DNA of 64,000 nt, taken from Adineta vaga. Lineage: Eukaryota > Animalia > Rotifera. The position numbers and the translations under genes are program-made. The DNA lies in the NCBI GenBank assembly GCA_021613535.1, contig CP075493.1, forward strand, positions 7,316,001 through 7,380,000, read 5' to 3'. Shown here piece by piece: positions 62,335-64,000 of this stretch. The notes under the pieces were generated by a model. It was not told the origin of the DNA, made no database searches, and saw only the letters and a program-made list of their open reading frames with translations. Numbering within the stretch: the stretch's first letter is position 1; every line of letters starts with the position of its first letter.

Positions 62335-63138
62335 TCAGGAAATATTTTCAGCGACAGTCGAACATTTTCTATTTGTTTCCGGTACTTTTTCTACGGTAAA
62401 TCTAATTGAATGATTATTTGATCGTTTCTGTGATTCATTTGTAGTGAGTAATGTAGATTGTTTTTCAGTCATAGGCAGTTCTTCTTGTGTCGGTGGTACG
62501 GGTGTTTGTGGTTGAGAATTAACTCGAAAGATGGGTCGTCGATTATGTAAAGAACCTCCACTTGATCGACGTGAAATAAATCTTTTAGAGAAAAATTTTG
62601 ATGTATCAAATCGATTATCATGTGATGTATGAAGTTGTGTTATTGGAAGGGTATCACTATCATGATCCTCTGCGTTTCGTGCATTCATACGATGTATATC
62701 TGCTAATTTTCTATTGATATGTCCAATTGTGACACTATCTGCTGTTATCGTTTGATAATATTGTGCATGTGGTTCATTCTGTTTTTCTGCTGTAGAATAA
62801 TAGATTTTCCAAAGACGTTGTCGATTTTCTGGATCTCTTAATTCGTAAAGAATTTGTTTTTTCGTATTATCAGCTTGAATATCATGATATCGAGCAAATG
62901 GATTTGCATTCGATGATGCCGATTTACCAGATGTTTCATAATCAAATAAAAATCGACTTTCAAACGTTCGTGGACGTACACGAAAGAAAAGCATTAGAAC
63001 TAAACCAGCTGAATACCATATTAAAATAACAGCAATATATATAGCTGCACCTTCATAATCATAATCATTTGCTGAATCGTTCGTTGCTGTCGTACTGCCA
63101 ACTATCGATGAGTTTGGTGGTGTCACCAACGATACCAT
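62335..63138 (-). CDS. Orphan single-pass (type III) membrane protein
   Basis: Intronless 267-aa ORF from ATG 63138, preceded by a TTTTCTTTTAG acceptor. Glycosylation-sequon-bearing N-terminus, TM GAAIYIAVILIWYSAGLVLMLFF, long cytoplasmic tail. Confidence 0.8.
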   Translation of the reverse strand: MVSLVTPPNSSIVGSTTATNDSANDYDYEGAAIYIAVILIWYSAGLVLMLFFRVRPRTFESRFLFDYETSGKSASSNANPFARYHDIQADNTKKQILYELRDPENRQRLWKIYYSTAEKQNEPHAQYYQTITADSVTIGHINRKLADIHRMNARNAEDHDSDTLPITQLHTSHDNRFDTSKFFSKRFISRRSSGGSLHNRRPIFRVNSQPQTPVPPTQEELPMTEKQSTLLTTNESQKRSNNHSIRFTVEKVPETNRKCSTVAENIS

Positions 63139-64000
63139 TGGATTATCTAAAAGAAAATGTCCTGATCGTTTTCTTTTCTCTCGATTTGAATAAACGAGCA
63201 TATCAATATGTCATTCGTTATATAAAAGAAAGATTATGTAAAAGGTGGTAATGTGGTTGAATAAAATATACGAAGATTAATCTCGTCAAACAAGTTGACA
63301 TATGAGATGTAACATGATGAAAATCAAATCTTTAAAGAACAAAGAATCATTCTTTTTACAAACTAAATGAATGCAGTCAACTATAGTTAAAAATTTAGGA
63401 AACAAAACAAGGCATCGCCTTCATTTACTTACTTTTCTTTCGTACAAAAAACATGTTTTCATAACGTATTCTTTTGTACACATATCTATATTCTTTGTTA
63501 TCATTATGCACTTACCTGTCGAAATAAAAACAAAAAATGAATCGTGTTGTTTTCGTTTTCTTTTCTTCTTACTTGAGATAATATCAACTGTGATTATCAT
63601 CATTATTTTTAATAACATTCAAAACGACTTGTATTAACACATGACTGCATCGAATATAGTTATTCATGATGTTTCACCTTCGATTATCAAACCTTCAATA
63701 TTATATTAGAAGTAAAACGATGTGTAATAAATATTAATCGTTTCTTTTTTCATAGAGACTCATTGAAGATTAAACAGTGATTTTTTTATTATTCTTCTAG
63801 TTTTTTTACAAGTGGTTATACAGGTAGTTATTAAAAAAGAATCAACACATCAAAAGATTATAACTGAGATTGACGAAGAACATCGACAATATCTTGATTA
63901 ACTGCCGTCGCTTTGTCTATCGGTGTTTGTCCGTCAATGTCTTTTAAAGTTAGATCAGATTGAAAATGAAGTAGATGACGAACTGCATCGATATTATTAA

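Overview
AT-rich, gene-dense eukaryotic (metazoan) DNA with short (~50-60 nt) GT-AG introns. It is almost certainly from a bdelloid rotifer, judging by the bdelloid spliced-leader sequence and an intronless ART-TPR gene of a bdelloid-expanded type. About 27 protein-coding genes can be reconstructed. Conserved ones: a Galpha-s-like fragment, Claspin, CSN2, pyruvate kinase, Gfi1/senseless, RPLP0, a compact Trithorax/KMT2, LRRC45, a calmodulin-like gene, GOT1, ZnT9, MRPL45, COMMD3, GALT, PABIR/FAM122, ELP4, eIF2A, NAA50, a GABA-B receptor subunit and a C1q protein. There are also several orphans. Highlights: (1) What looks like a MITE palindrome at 31.7-32.0 kb is a head-to-head pair of 105-nt spliced-leader (SL) RNA genes. 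Their spacer exposes a bipartite promoter, TGTAGAGACA at -48 and TGCTCCACAC at -26. (2) Operon-like clusters lie in the same window: ELP4>PABIR>GALT>COMMD3>MRPL45, eIF2A>NAA50 and GOT1>ZnT9. Gaps are as short as 77-97 nt and carry splice acceptors just before the downstream ATG, suggesting polycistronic transcription resolved by SL trans-splicing. (3) A 1640-bp foldback element (713-bp arms, TA target-site duplication) splits the ART-TPR gene, yet its ends supply splice sites that could remove it in frame. (4) Two C/D snoRNAs sit in RPLP0 introns, one of them a double guide. (5) Symmetric microexons build an insert next to the FBP allosteric site of pyruvate kinase, and another encodes part of an EF-hand loop. 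Homology calls and literature values come from recalled sequences, not from searches. Exon boundaries were read by eye.
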